Source of the DNA: an uncultured Planctomycetaceae bacterium
Lineage (GTDB): Bacteria > Planctomycetota > Planctomycetia > Planctomycetales > Planctomycetaceae
Length of the DNA stretch: 64,000 bases
NCBI GenBank assembly: GCA_963976765.1
Contig: CAXBME010000036.1
Span: forward strand, 9,461 to 73,460
Reading direction: 5' to 3'
Shown: piece by piece, positions 19,380 to 29,689 of the stretch
Position numbering within the stretch: the first letter of the stretch is position 1
How the letters are laid out: each line of letters begins with the position of its first letter
Program-made: the position numbers and the translations under genes
Notes under the pieces: model-generated
What the model was told of the DNA's origin: nothing
The model's input: only the letters and a program-made list of their open reading frames with translations
The model's database searches: none

Positions 19380-19918
19380 ATTTCAAAACACCACGACACA
19401 TCGATAACCACACAGGGTATAAACTCGCGATCTTTCGAATGTTGCTTGAGAATCCGAAAGGCAAAAGTTGACGTCTGCACCAGCCAGTCCATTTCTTACA
19501 CGAATACCCGTATCACGGATGTTCGTCCGGAAACGCAGACCGAACTTGTCTCGAATCCTCAATCGATGGCCATGCCTCGGTTCTGTACGCGTCGCTGAAA
19601 CGCAACGATCAGACGTTGCGTCCGCCGCGTTTCTTCAGAGTCTGTTGGCCGCTGGCGATTCAACACTCGAAATTGCACCAGGAACCAAATCCCGAACAGA
19701 CATCTCTGAATTTTCAGACAGCATCCCACCTGCAGGTGATGCTGTTGAACGAGGGATCCGTTTTCGTACCACGGCAGTCAACGGAGTGCGCGCGACTTGC
19801 CGCAGGCCGCTACGACAATGGTGCGTCGCGGACGAGTCCGTCGTTCAGGATGTTCGCCAGGAGACACTGGCTGCTGAAAGATTCGTCCGAGGGAATACCC
19901 CAAACATCAGGGGATCCC

Positions 19919-21493
<1,575 letters not shown>

Positions 21494-21561
21494 GGCGGTA
21501 TTCTGCCCCGCCAACTGGTCATACGGAGTCTTTCCGGATCAGTCATTTTGCTGTAACTCGT

Positions 21562-21580
21562 TTCAGAACTGGCAGTTCTG
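21562..21580 (+). other. Perfect 8-bp hairpin between the RNase E/G gene and rplU
   Basis: The sequence is TCAGAACT-GGC-AGTTCTGA with no U-tract. It could be a processing or attenuation element, or nothing. Confidence 0.3.
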
Positions 21581-21670
21581 ACCGGACACGGAAGGCCGAC
21601 ACGGGTTTAATCTGCTCGAAAGCGGCGGTATCAGTACGGGCTCTTCGGAGCCAATCAAGTGAGTTCACAA

Positions 21671-22015
21671 ATGTTTGCAATTATTGAAGACGGTAGCCAT
21701 CAGTATCGAGTCGCTCCAGGTGAGACTCTGGTCGTCGATTTTCGGGACAGTGCCAACGTAGGGGATTCCCTGCAGTTCGAGAAAGTTCTGCTCGCCAACG
21801 GCGGAGGCTCAAGCACGATCGGAAGACCACTGATTGACGGAGCTTCCGTTTCAGCAGAGGTTATTGACGCGGAATTGAAAGGCGAGAAGCTGGAAATTCA
21901 GAAGTTCCGTCGTCGCAAGGACTCTCGTCGTCATACTGGCCATCGCCAGAAGTACACGGCGGTCAAGATCACGGACATCAGTGTTCCAGGTCTTGAAGTC
22001 GTCGAAGCCGAGTAG
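21671..22015 (+). CDS. rplU: 50S ribosomal protein L21
   Basis: MFAIIEDGSHQYRVAPGETLVVD...FRRRKDSRRHTGHRQKYT is canonical L21. I prefer ATG 21671 over the listed GTG 21659. Confidence 0.92.
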   Translation: MFAIIEDGSHQYRVAPGETLVVDFRDSANVGDSLQFEKVLLANGGGSSTIGRPLIDGASVSAEVIDAELKGEKLEIQKFRRRKDSRRHTGHRQKYTAVKITDISVPGLEVVEAE

Positions 22016-22042
22016 GCGATTTCAGCTGACAAGCTAAATAAG

Positions 22043-22072
22043 AGAACCAGGATCAGTCCTGGTTCTTTTTTT
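22043..22072 (+). terminator. Rho-independent terminator after rplU
   Basis: AGAACCAGG-ATCAGT-CCTGGTTCT is followed by TTTTTT, 28 nt after the rplU stop. Confidence 0.85.
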
Positions 22073-22307
22073 ATACCGTCTGCCTGATGTCCCCCTCAAC
22101 GAGCAGTGCATCAGTCCGCTGACTCAGCGTTGAACGCAACTTGATCCGCACAACCGGTATAACCGGCACCAGCCGCCGTAATCTGTGTGGCAGTGTTCGA
22201 TCGGTCACATTCTCCACTTCCGGCATAGTCGATACCCAAACGTAAAGCGAATGTGGAAACATATCGCCAAACGGTCGCCCGCCAGGCACTCAAGTCGGAA
22301 GAGTGAC

Positions 22308-23279
22308 ATGCAAATACGTTATCGGATTCTAGCGACGGTACTGCTCGCAGGCCTTCTTTTGCCTTCGACTGCCTTTACCGCAACAACGGTCGGCCCTGAT
22401 CAATGGCTGGTTGACTACAGTTTTGCACGTCAGGAAGCAAAGAGACTGGGGCTTCCATTACTGATTCATTTTTCAGCAACCTGGTGTGGACCGTGTAAGC
22501 AGATGGAACGGGACACGCTCCATACACCTGCATTGCAGTCAGTCCTGGGGACTCAGGTAATCGCATTGAAAGTCGACAGCGATGAGAATCCGGGGCTGAT
22601 CGAGGCTTTTCGGGTTGACCTTCTGCCCACGGATATTGTTGTGGCACCGGATGGTAAGATCGTGTCCCGTACGACTAATTACCAGAACCCCGACCAGTAC
22701 CTCACGAACATCCGGCACTGGTCGAAACAGTTTCCACAGGAACGCGCGGCAGCCATTGCACGACTGACACCGCCTCCGAAAATCAGTCAGCCAGCTTCCA
22801 GTACAAAGGCGCCGACATCATCAGAGGCCCCTGTCATCGCAGGCCCTCAACGACCGACCGCTGGTTCAACTGTCGCTCGGAATCCGGAACCTTCGCCAGA
22901 ACCATCGCGGCTTGTCGGGCTGTCAGGTTACAGTCCAGTTGCCATCAAGACCCGCCGAGTCTGGGTGAAGGGCCGAGAGGATCTCTCTGTGACGTGGCAG
23001 GGAGTTGTTTACTACCTGTCGAACGACCACGAATACATGGCCTTCAAGAATGCTCCTCACCGATACGCACCTCGAATGCTTGGTTGCGATCCGGTCCTGT
23101 TGTGGAATTCGGATCGGGCCGTCCAGGGCCTCGTCGAATTCGGGGCCTTCTATGACGGAGATCTCTACCTGTTTACGGCCGGTGAGACGCGGGACCGATT
23201 CAAAGTAAATCCGAACCAATTCGTCAACGTCCGCCATGTATTGAGTCCCGAAGAAGTGATCGGCACCCGTATTCGGTGA
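22308..23279 (+). CDS. Secreted thioredoxin-domain protein with a C-terminal tandem repeat module
   Basis: It has a signal peptide (MQIRYRILATVLLAGLLLPSTAFTA), a Trx motif (FSATWCGPCKQM) and a Pro/Ser linker. Two related ~48-aa repeats follow (GYSPVAI...YYLSNDHEYMAFKNAPHRYAP and GCDPVLL...LYLFTAGETRDRFKVNPNQF). I moved the start to ATG 22308. Confidence 0.8.
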   Translation: MQIRYRILATVLLAGLLLPSTAFTATTVGPDQWLVDYSFARQEAKRLGLPLLIHFSATWCGPCKQMERDTLHTPALQSVLGTQVIALKVDSDENPGLIEAFRVDLLPTDIVVAPDGKIVSRTTNYQNPDQYLTNIRHWSKQFPQERAAAIARLTPPPKISQPASSTKAPTSSEAPVIAGPQRPTAGSTVARNPEPSPEPSRLVGLSGYSPVAIKTRRVWVKGREDLSVTWQGVVYYLSNDHEYMAFKNAPHRYAPRMLGCDPVLLWNSDRAVQGLVEFGAFYDGDLYLFTAGETRDRFKVNPNQFVNVRHVLSPEEVIGTRIR

Positions 23280-23480
23280 TTCATTCATCAGAGTCATCCA
23301 CACGCCAGCGCGGTAGACGCCTCATTTTGCAAGGCGAGTGACGCTCCATCTGGACTGACTTTGCTCTCGACACCGACAATCGCTCACGGAACCGGCAAGC
23401 CTGAGACTGCCACGAAAAGTTGTACGGCGTTGACCGATGGTCGCGGTCGATTAAACGCATATCTTTTGTGCGTTAGTCCA

Positions 23481-26147
23481 ATGACTGTGCCTATTCCTAT
23501 GAGCAATGCACTACTTATTCTGCTCGCAGCGACTGCGGTGTCGCCGGACGTCGTCGGGCCAGATCAAGAGCAGTCCAGACAGCAGCCCTATGGCACAGTG
23601 CTATCGTTCGATTTCGAACCAGACGAAGACCGTGAACCTGATGGTCTGCCCGACGATTGGAATCGGCGTCGCGGCCCGGGATTTCCCAGCTACGTTGTCT
23701 GTGAAATTGACGAAAAACACAGCCACGTTGGTGATCAGAGTCTCCATGTCAAAGTAAACGGTGGAAAGGTCGCGTACTACTCACCCTTCAATCAGAAGGT
23801 GGCGCAGATCGATCCCAGGTTCAATTATCAGTTCCGTGGATTCATTCGAACCGAACGGCTGAAACACGACTATGCTCTGTTCACGGTTTCGTTTCTGAAT
23901 TCCCGCCGACAAAGAATTCAGCGATTCGAAACACGGGCAGTTACTGGCACGCATGCCGAATGGGTTCCGCTTGAACTGGGGCCGCTGAAGCCAAAGCCGG
24001 AAGTTCGCTATGTTGTGATCGGTTGTCATGTCGATCACCTGGCGAATGACGATATCAACGGTGACGTGTGGTTCGATGGACTCTGGCTGGGCAAAAGACC
24101 ACGTCTGACGCTGATGCCCGACGCACACGATCATTTTCTTACGCCTGACAAAAATATTGTGATCAATGCGGAAGTGTCAGGCCTCGATTCGAATTCGCTG
24201 TTCGAGCTGCAACTGTCGCTGCGCGACGTTGCCGGGGAAGTCCTTGAGCAAAAGTCGTGGGCTCTTGGTGCTAATGCCGAACGAATTTCACCAGAAGGCG
24301 TGAGCGGCCAGAAGATTGGATGGAAAATCGCGGCTCGCCAACATGGTTGTTACTTCGTCCAGGCCACTCTTCAACGTGACAAACAAACTATCCAAAGCAA
24401 TGAGACCACTCTCGTCATCTCGGAGCCTGCCCAATCGCGACCGACAGGTGAATTCGGATGGTCTCTCAGTAATGGTCTGGGGCCATTGACTCCGGATGAA
24501 TGGTCGTTGGTCGCCTACGAAGCCGGGATTCATTGGGTGAAGATTCCGGTCTGGAGTTCCATGCACGAGGAGTCTGCGACCAGCCCGGTTGAACTCACCA
24601 GGTTGCTGGAAGGTCTTTACGATCGATCGATCTCAGTCGTCGGACTTCTCAGTGATCCTCCCCAGACGATCCGAAGTCAGTTTGCGAAAGACTGGACCGG
24701 TACGAGCGAAATCTTCGCGCTGCCACCGGCATTCTGGGGGCCATCGATTGAACCTGTTCTGGCGAGATACGGCTCCACCATCGAGTACTGGCAGCTCGGC
24801 GGTGATACAGATACGAGTTTCTTGAATTCGAAAGATCTTCCAGAAACGATCGAAAAGGTCACGACTCAGTTCGACCAGCTCGGGCGAAACTCGAAGATTG
24901 GAGTTCAATGGCCGTGGCCAGCTGCTATGCCAGTTCCCACCGGTATTCGAAACCTGTTCACGACAATCGGGAACGAAGACGGTCTGACTCTGGAAGAAAT
25001 TCAACAGATCTTCAGCGACAAGAATTCCGAAACTGCAGAACACTGGACCATGCTTCGTCCAATACCGCTGGAACATTCATTGAAGGTGCGGGCTGGAACG
25101 CTGATTCGCCAGATGGTTATGGCGAGGCTGAAAGGCTCGAAAGGGATTTTTCTGAGCGGCGTTTTGGATGGAAACCGTGGACTCCTGAACGACGACGGAG
25201 CTCCAACTCCGCTGTTCCTTCCATTCAGAACGACAGCGATGAATCTGCGAGGCGCGAAGCATCTGGGCTCGTTTCAACTGCCTGGTACGCCGTCGAACTA
25301 TGTTTTTGAGCGAGACAAATCAATCATCGTTGTGTTTCCGGGAGAAGCTCCATTCTCGACAGACTTGAACCTCGGAGACGCCGTCGAACATGTCGACATG
25401 TGGGGGCGTCGTTCGAAGCTACCACGTCATGCCGAAAAGCATCAGGTGACTTCCGACGGTGAACCGGTTTTCTGCACTGGCTGCTCGGAGGCGATGGCCC
25501 GCTGGCGACTGGAAGCCGGATTTGAATCAGGCGTCATTCCCGCAGAATACGGCGGGCATCCTGACGCCATCGTTGGACGCAACACATGGCCGCAGAGAGT
25601 TAATGGAACAGTCTCGCTGAAAATTCCCCGCGACTGGGAAGCCAGGCCAAGCTCCTGGGATATTGAACTTGCTGCCGGTGAGTCTTTCCGACTTCCCACC
25701 ACAATCAATCTGCCGCAATCGGCGAGCCTTGGTACCGCCGAAGTCGTTATCTCTTTTGCAATCACATCTGACCGGCGACGGACATTCGACGTTCATCGGT
25801 CTCTTGAAGTCGGTTTGGGCGACGTCATCGTTGATGTTTACACCAGGCCCCTGCCGGATGGGCAACTGCTGATCGAGCAGTACGTTTCCAATCGAACCCA
25901 GCCGCTCGACATCATGAACTTTCGCTGCACGTTGTCGGTCAGCGGGCACAAGAGTCAAACTGAATATGTCACGAAACTGGGTGCCGACAAGGACCGAAAA
26001 GAATACAAGCTGCCGAATGCTCAATCACTGCTTGGTCATGAATTGTGGCTGAATCTCGAACAGATCGGCGGTCGGAGAAACCTCAACAAACGGCTGATCA
26101 TTGGAGACGACTGGCAAACTGGAGTGACCAGTTCATCCACAAACTAA
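23481..26147 (+). CDS. Large hypothetical secreted protein (N-terminal CBM-like beta-sandwich, central TIM-barrel-like region, C-terminal beta-sandwich domains)
   Basis: The ORF is long with consistent coding character and a short signal-like N-terminus (MTVPIPMSNALLILLAATAV). I recognise no catalytic motif with confidence. Start alternatives are 23499 and 23361. Confidence 0.7.
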   Translation: MTVPIPMSNALLILLAATAVSPDVVGPDQEQSRQQPYGTVLSFDFEPDEDREPDGLPDDWNRRRGPGFPSYVVCEIDEKHSHVGDQSLHVKVNGGKVAYYSPFNQKVAQIDPRFNYQFRGFIRTERLKHDYALFTVSFLNSRRQRIQRFETRAVTGTHAEWVPLELGPLKPKPEVRYVVIGCHVDHLANDDINGDVWFDGLWLGKRPRLTLMPDAHDHFLTPDKNIVINAEVSGLDSNSLFELQLSLRDVAGEVLEQKSWALGANAERISPEGVSGQKIGWKIAARQHGCYFVQATLQRDKQTIQSNETTLVISEPAQSRPTGEFGWSLSNGLGPLTPDEWSLVAYEAGIHWVKIPVWSSMHEESATSPVELTRLLEGLYDRSISVVGLLSDPPQTIRSQFAKDWTGTSEIFALPPAFWGPSIEPVLARYGSTIEYWQLGGDTDTSFLNSKDLPETIEKVTTQFDQLGRNSKIGVQWPWPAAMPVPTGIRNLFTTIGNEDGLTLEEIQQIFSDKNSETAEHWTMLRPIPLEHSLKVRAGTLIRQMVMARLKGSKGIFLSGVLDGNRGLLNDDGAPTPLFLPFRTTAMNLRGAKHLGSFQLPGTPSNYVFERDKSIIVVFPGEAPFSTDLNLGDAVEHVDMWGRRSKLPRHAEKHQVTSDGEPVFCTGCSEAMARWRLEAGFESGVIPAEYGGHPDAIVGRNTWPQRVNGTVSLKIPRDWEARPSSWDIELAAGESFRLPTTINLPQSASLGTAEVVISFAITSDRRRTFDVHRSLEVGLGDVIVDVYTRPLPDGQLLIEQYVSNRTQPLDIMNFRCTLSVSGHKSQTEYVTKLGADKDRKEYKLPNAQSLLGHELWLNLEQIGGRRNLNKRLIIGDDWQTGVTSSSTN

Positions 26148-26225
26148 TCGCACGACTCGCCTTGGTAGCGAGCGGATCCGACTGGCTTGACGGCAACCGG
26201 ATCCGCTATGCAGCGGCGATCTGTC

Positions 26226-27428
26226 TTAGCCGTGTCCGCGTCGAATATCAGACGGCTTGAAGAAAATAACGATCCGGTACACGTACTTGGTTCGAGTCTG
26301 GATCTCTCCGGTTGCCAGATCGAATCGTTCCGGTACTTCGCGAATGTGCTTGTCGACGACCGCGTGAAATCCTCGTTCGGAAAACACATCGATCAACATC
26401 GAAATCGCCAAAGGGTCCTGGAAGATTTCTTCTTCCGTATTCACATGAGCCCGGCCCGAAAGTGCATGTCGAGTGATGATCGGCACAAAGCGGTCGCGGA
26501 TCAGACTGACGATCTTTACGAACAGTTCGTTGTGTTCCAGTTCGTAACTGTCCAACCGTCGGACAAGTTCCTGTCGAGCGTGATGGGCAATTTCTTCAGC
26601 CAGCGGTAACGATCGAATCCGGTCGTGAGTTCGCTGCTCAAGCTCCAGAGAACTCTGATATTTGAGTTCCTTGAGAATATTCTCCTCGACTTCGCCGATC
26701 GGCCCTTCGGCATTGACGAAGTGGTAATGGTACAGTTCTTTGAGCGAATTCAGGGCGTCCCATGTTTTCTCTTTAAATACCTGATACCGCAGGCGAGCCG
26801 CATTTTCGTCAAGGTCCGTTGCCCGAAGTTCACGAACTTCGCCAATTCCTGTTTCGGTGACTTCAGCGTTGTAAGCGTCGATTTCCCGTCCACGCTGTAG
26901 CTGACGTTCGATGCTTGTTCGTTCGCCAATAAACAGGACCATCGCGTGGATCGTTGGTCGGCGAAAGTTGATCGCCAGGTTTGTATTGGCAAATTCGTTG
27001 TGCAACTGGTTGATTTTGTCGACGAGCAGTTTCAGGCATTCGACCTGCACCTTCGTCCTGGGGAAGCCATCCAGCACGGCTCCATCCCTGAAGTCTTCTT
27101 CGAGGAGCTTATGAAGCAGAATGTCGACGACTTCTTTGTCACCAACCATTCCGCCACGTGATTTGATCTTTTCTGCCTGTGGAGAGGTTAGCAAATCACT
27201 GATCACGATCGGACGGCACGTCAATCCTCGAGCCGCCATGATGAACCGGGTGTGCGTGCCTTTACCGGCTCCTGGAGCACCGCCCAGCAGAATCAGTTCT
27301 TTGGGAAATCGAAGATTCGCATGTCCGATTTCTTCTTCAAGGTCTTCCCAGACAGTCTTGAAGATGACCTGCGCGTCTTTGACTTCCAGATCGATCAATC
27401 GTTGATTGGTAGAGTTTGCATCAGGCAT
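26226..27428 (-). CDS. Adenylate kinase-like nucleoside monophosphate kinase with a ~170-aa C-terminal extension
   Basis: The P-loop is LLGGAPGAGKGT, the NMP-binding region has DGFPRT, and LID-region Arg residues are present. The protein is 400 aa versus about 190-220 aa for canonical Adk. Confidence 0.8.
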   Translation of the reverse strand: MPDANSTNQRLIDLEVKDAQVIFKTVWEDLEEEIGHANLRFPKELILLGGAPGAGKGTHTRFIMAARGLTCRPIVISDLLTSPQAEKIKSRGGMVGDKEVVDILLHKLLEEDFRDGAVLDGFPRTKVQVECLKLLVDKINQLHNEFANTNLAINFRRPTIHAMVLFIGERTSIERQLQRGREIDAYNAEVTETGIGEVRELRATDLDENAARLRYQVFKEKTWDALNSLKELYHYHFVNAEGPIGEVEENILKELKYQSSLELEQRTHDRIRSLPLAEEIAHHARQELVRRLDSYELEHNELFVKIVSLIRDRFVPIITRHALSGRAHVNTEEEIFQDPLAISMLIDVFSERGFHAVVDKHIREVPERFDLATGEIQTRTKYVYRIVIFFKPSDIRRGHG

Positions 27429-27587
27429 AAGGAGAGCCGGTACATTTAACCGAAAGAGAAATTCACTTCACCGTCCCGCTGGCGGTTCAAGTGTTGTTGT
27501 GAAGATACTTTAGACACCATCCAGAATTGAAGCTGGTCTGACAGATTTCTATATCCGTTCTGATCGTCGCAGTGCACTGACGTCGTG

Positions 27588-29615
27588 TCATCCCAGACGG
27601 CCGAACTGTTTATCGAGTTCTGTCTGACTGAGAACAAGGGCTGTCGGCCTGCCGTGCGGGCAGTGATGAGCGTCATCGCAAAGGTGCCGTTGAGCCAGCA
27701 GACTGTCGATTTCTTCGGGCTTTAACCGCTGTCCGGATTTGATCGCCGCCTTGCACGACATCATGTGAAGCAGTTCGTCCAGCACGTCGCGACGTGTTGG
27801 CTTCTTTTCCTGGCACTCCAACTGCTCCGCAATGTCTCGAATCATTTCTGAAGGCCGAGCTTTCTTCATCATCACGGGCCACTTGTTGACGAGCACGGTG
27901 TTCGTGCCAAACTCTTCGACACCGATACCGATCTGACCGAGTACCTCCGCGTGCTCTACGACAAGTGCCGCTTCCCGCGCCGTTAGATCAATCGTCTCGG
28001 GAATGAGCATTCGCTGAGACTCGACCGAGCCGTTCAGCACACGGGGGCGCAGATACTCGTACATGATCCGTTCGTGCAGGGCGTGTTGATCGATGATCAT
28101 CATCCCCTGTTCGGACTCGACGACCAGGTAGCAGTCCATAATCTGCATCGCCCGTTCGCCGGATTGGCTTCCGACAGATGGCGCGGGTTTGCTGTCGACA
28201 TCATTTGTCTCAACAGCTGTATTTAGCGATTTTTCGTCTGTTACCTCGCCCGAAATCTGAACCTGTTCGCCGGATTCAGGTCCGCCTTCTCGACCGACAA
28301 ACATTTCCTCGGCAGCTTCGACGGTCTCAGGAAGTGTGACCGGCGGGGCGAACGCAACATCGGAATTCTCTGGATCGCCTTCCTGAGATGACGGAGCGAG
28401 CATTCGAGCCAGGTCAGCCTGTGACTGTCTCACCGACCACGTCGTGATTGGCGGTGTCGAGTTCTGAAAGTCCGACCGTTGTGCCGATGTCGTTCGGGAG
28501 TCCGTCGCCCACGCTTCCAGTTCCGCCTGGAGTTTCTGTTGTGGGGCAACGGCCGCTCCGACTGGTTCCCGCTGATTCTCCTCGTCGGATACCCGGCCCC
28601 GTCCGAGCTTCATCTCTGAATCCAGGTCCATCGTTAGAAACTTTGTCCGAATCATGGACAGCATCTGACGATAGAGCTGCTGCCCATCGACGAAGCGAAC
28701 TTCGACCTTGGTCGGATGAACGTTCACGTCAAACGCGCTGGGGGGCATGTCGACAAAGATGAATGAGATGGGCTGCCGACCGACCATCAGCAGACCTCGG
28801 TACGATTCTGTCAGTGCGTGTTGAATCGACCGATCCTGAAACCAGCGACCGTTCAGAAACAGGTGCTGCCACTTTCGACCGGACTTGCTTTGACTGGGGT
28901 GTGCGACATACCCCGACATCCGTACGTCGCCGACTTCACTTTCCACCCAGATCAGGTGGTCCGTCAGACTCTTGCCATAAAACATCTGCAGCCGGTCGAT
29001 CAGCCCATCCGATGCCGGCAGGTCAAACACGACTTTGTCGTTGTGTCGCAGAATCATTCGCAGTCGCGGGTTGGCCAGCGCCACTCGCGTAAACTGATCG
29101 CTGATATGGCCGAACTCGGTCGACTTCGTCTTGAGAAACTTCCGGCGTACCGGCGTGCTGGCGAACAGATTTCGAATTTCAATGCGTGTCCCGGTTGGGC
29201 AGCCACACGGAATTACCTCAGAACGATCCCCGCAGTGAACGTCCAGTTCGACTCCGGCGACGGCATCCTTCTGCCGACTTCGGATGTTGATGTGAGAAAC
29301 TTCTGCGATCGACGCCAGCGCTTCTCCGCGAAAACCCATTGTCTGGATGAAGAACAGATCTTCCGCCGTGACGATCTTGCTGGTCGCATGACTGCTCACC
29401 GCAAGCAGGATGTCATCGGGATGAATGCCCTCGCCGTCGTCGGTGATGCGGATCAGCTCAGCTCCGCCGTCGACGATGTCGACCTCGATGCGCGTCGCCA
29501 TGGCATCGACGCTGTTTTCAATCAGCTCTTTGACGACGTTTGCCGGTCGCTCGATGACCTCTCCAGCTGCGATTTTGTTGATGACGCTCGTGTCGAGTTG
29601 CTGAATTCGTGACAT
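27588..29615 (-). CDS. mutL: DNA mismatch repair protein MutL
   Basis: The GHKL ATPase N-terminus is MSRIQQLDTSVINKIAAGEVIERPANVVKELIENSVDA. The C-terminal endonuclease-type motifs are DQHALHERIMYE and CPHGRPT. Confidence 0.95.
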   Translation of the reverse strand: MSRIQQLDTSVINKIAAGEVIERPANVVKELIENSVDAMATRIEVDIVDGGAELIRITDDGEGIHPDDILLAVSSHATSKIVTAEDLFFIQTMGFRGEALASIAEVSHINIRSRQKDAVAGVELDVHCGDRSEVIPCGCPTGTRIEIRNLFASTPVRRKFLKTKSTEFGHISDQFTRVALANPRLRMILRHNDKVVFDLPASDGLIDRLQMFYGKSLTDHLIWVESEVGDVRMSGYVAHPSQSKSGRKWQHLFLNGRWFQDRSIQHALTESYRGLLMVGRQPISFIFVDMPPSAFDVNVHPTKVEVRFVDGQQLYRQMLSMIRTKFLTMDLDSEMKLGRGRVSDEENQREPVGAAVAPQQKLQAELEAWATDSRTTSAQRSDFQNSTPPITTWSVRQSQADLARMLAPSSQEGDPENSDVAFAPPVTLPETVEAAEEMFVGREGGPESGEQVQISGEVTDEKSLNTAVETNDVDSKPAPSVGSQSGERAMQIMDCYLVVESEQGMMIIDQHALHERIMYEYLRPRVLNGSVESQRMLIPETIDLTAREAALVVEHAEVLGQIGIGVEEFGTNTVLVNKWPVMMKKARPSEMIRDIAEQLECQEKKPTRRDVLDELLHMMSCKAAIKSGQRLKPEEIDSLLAQRHLCDDAHHCPHGRPTALVLSQTELDKQFGRLG

Positions 29616-29689
29616 TTCCGTTCGTTTGCTTTCTGCATCCTGCCGAGCGTCGTCCCCAAAAAACTTTGATCTACCATCTGCCTGCCAGG

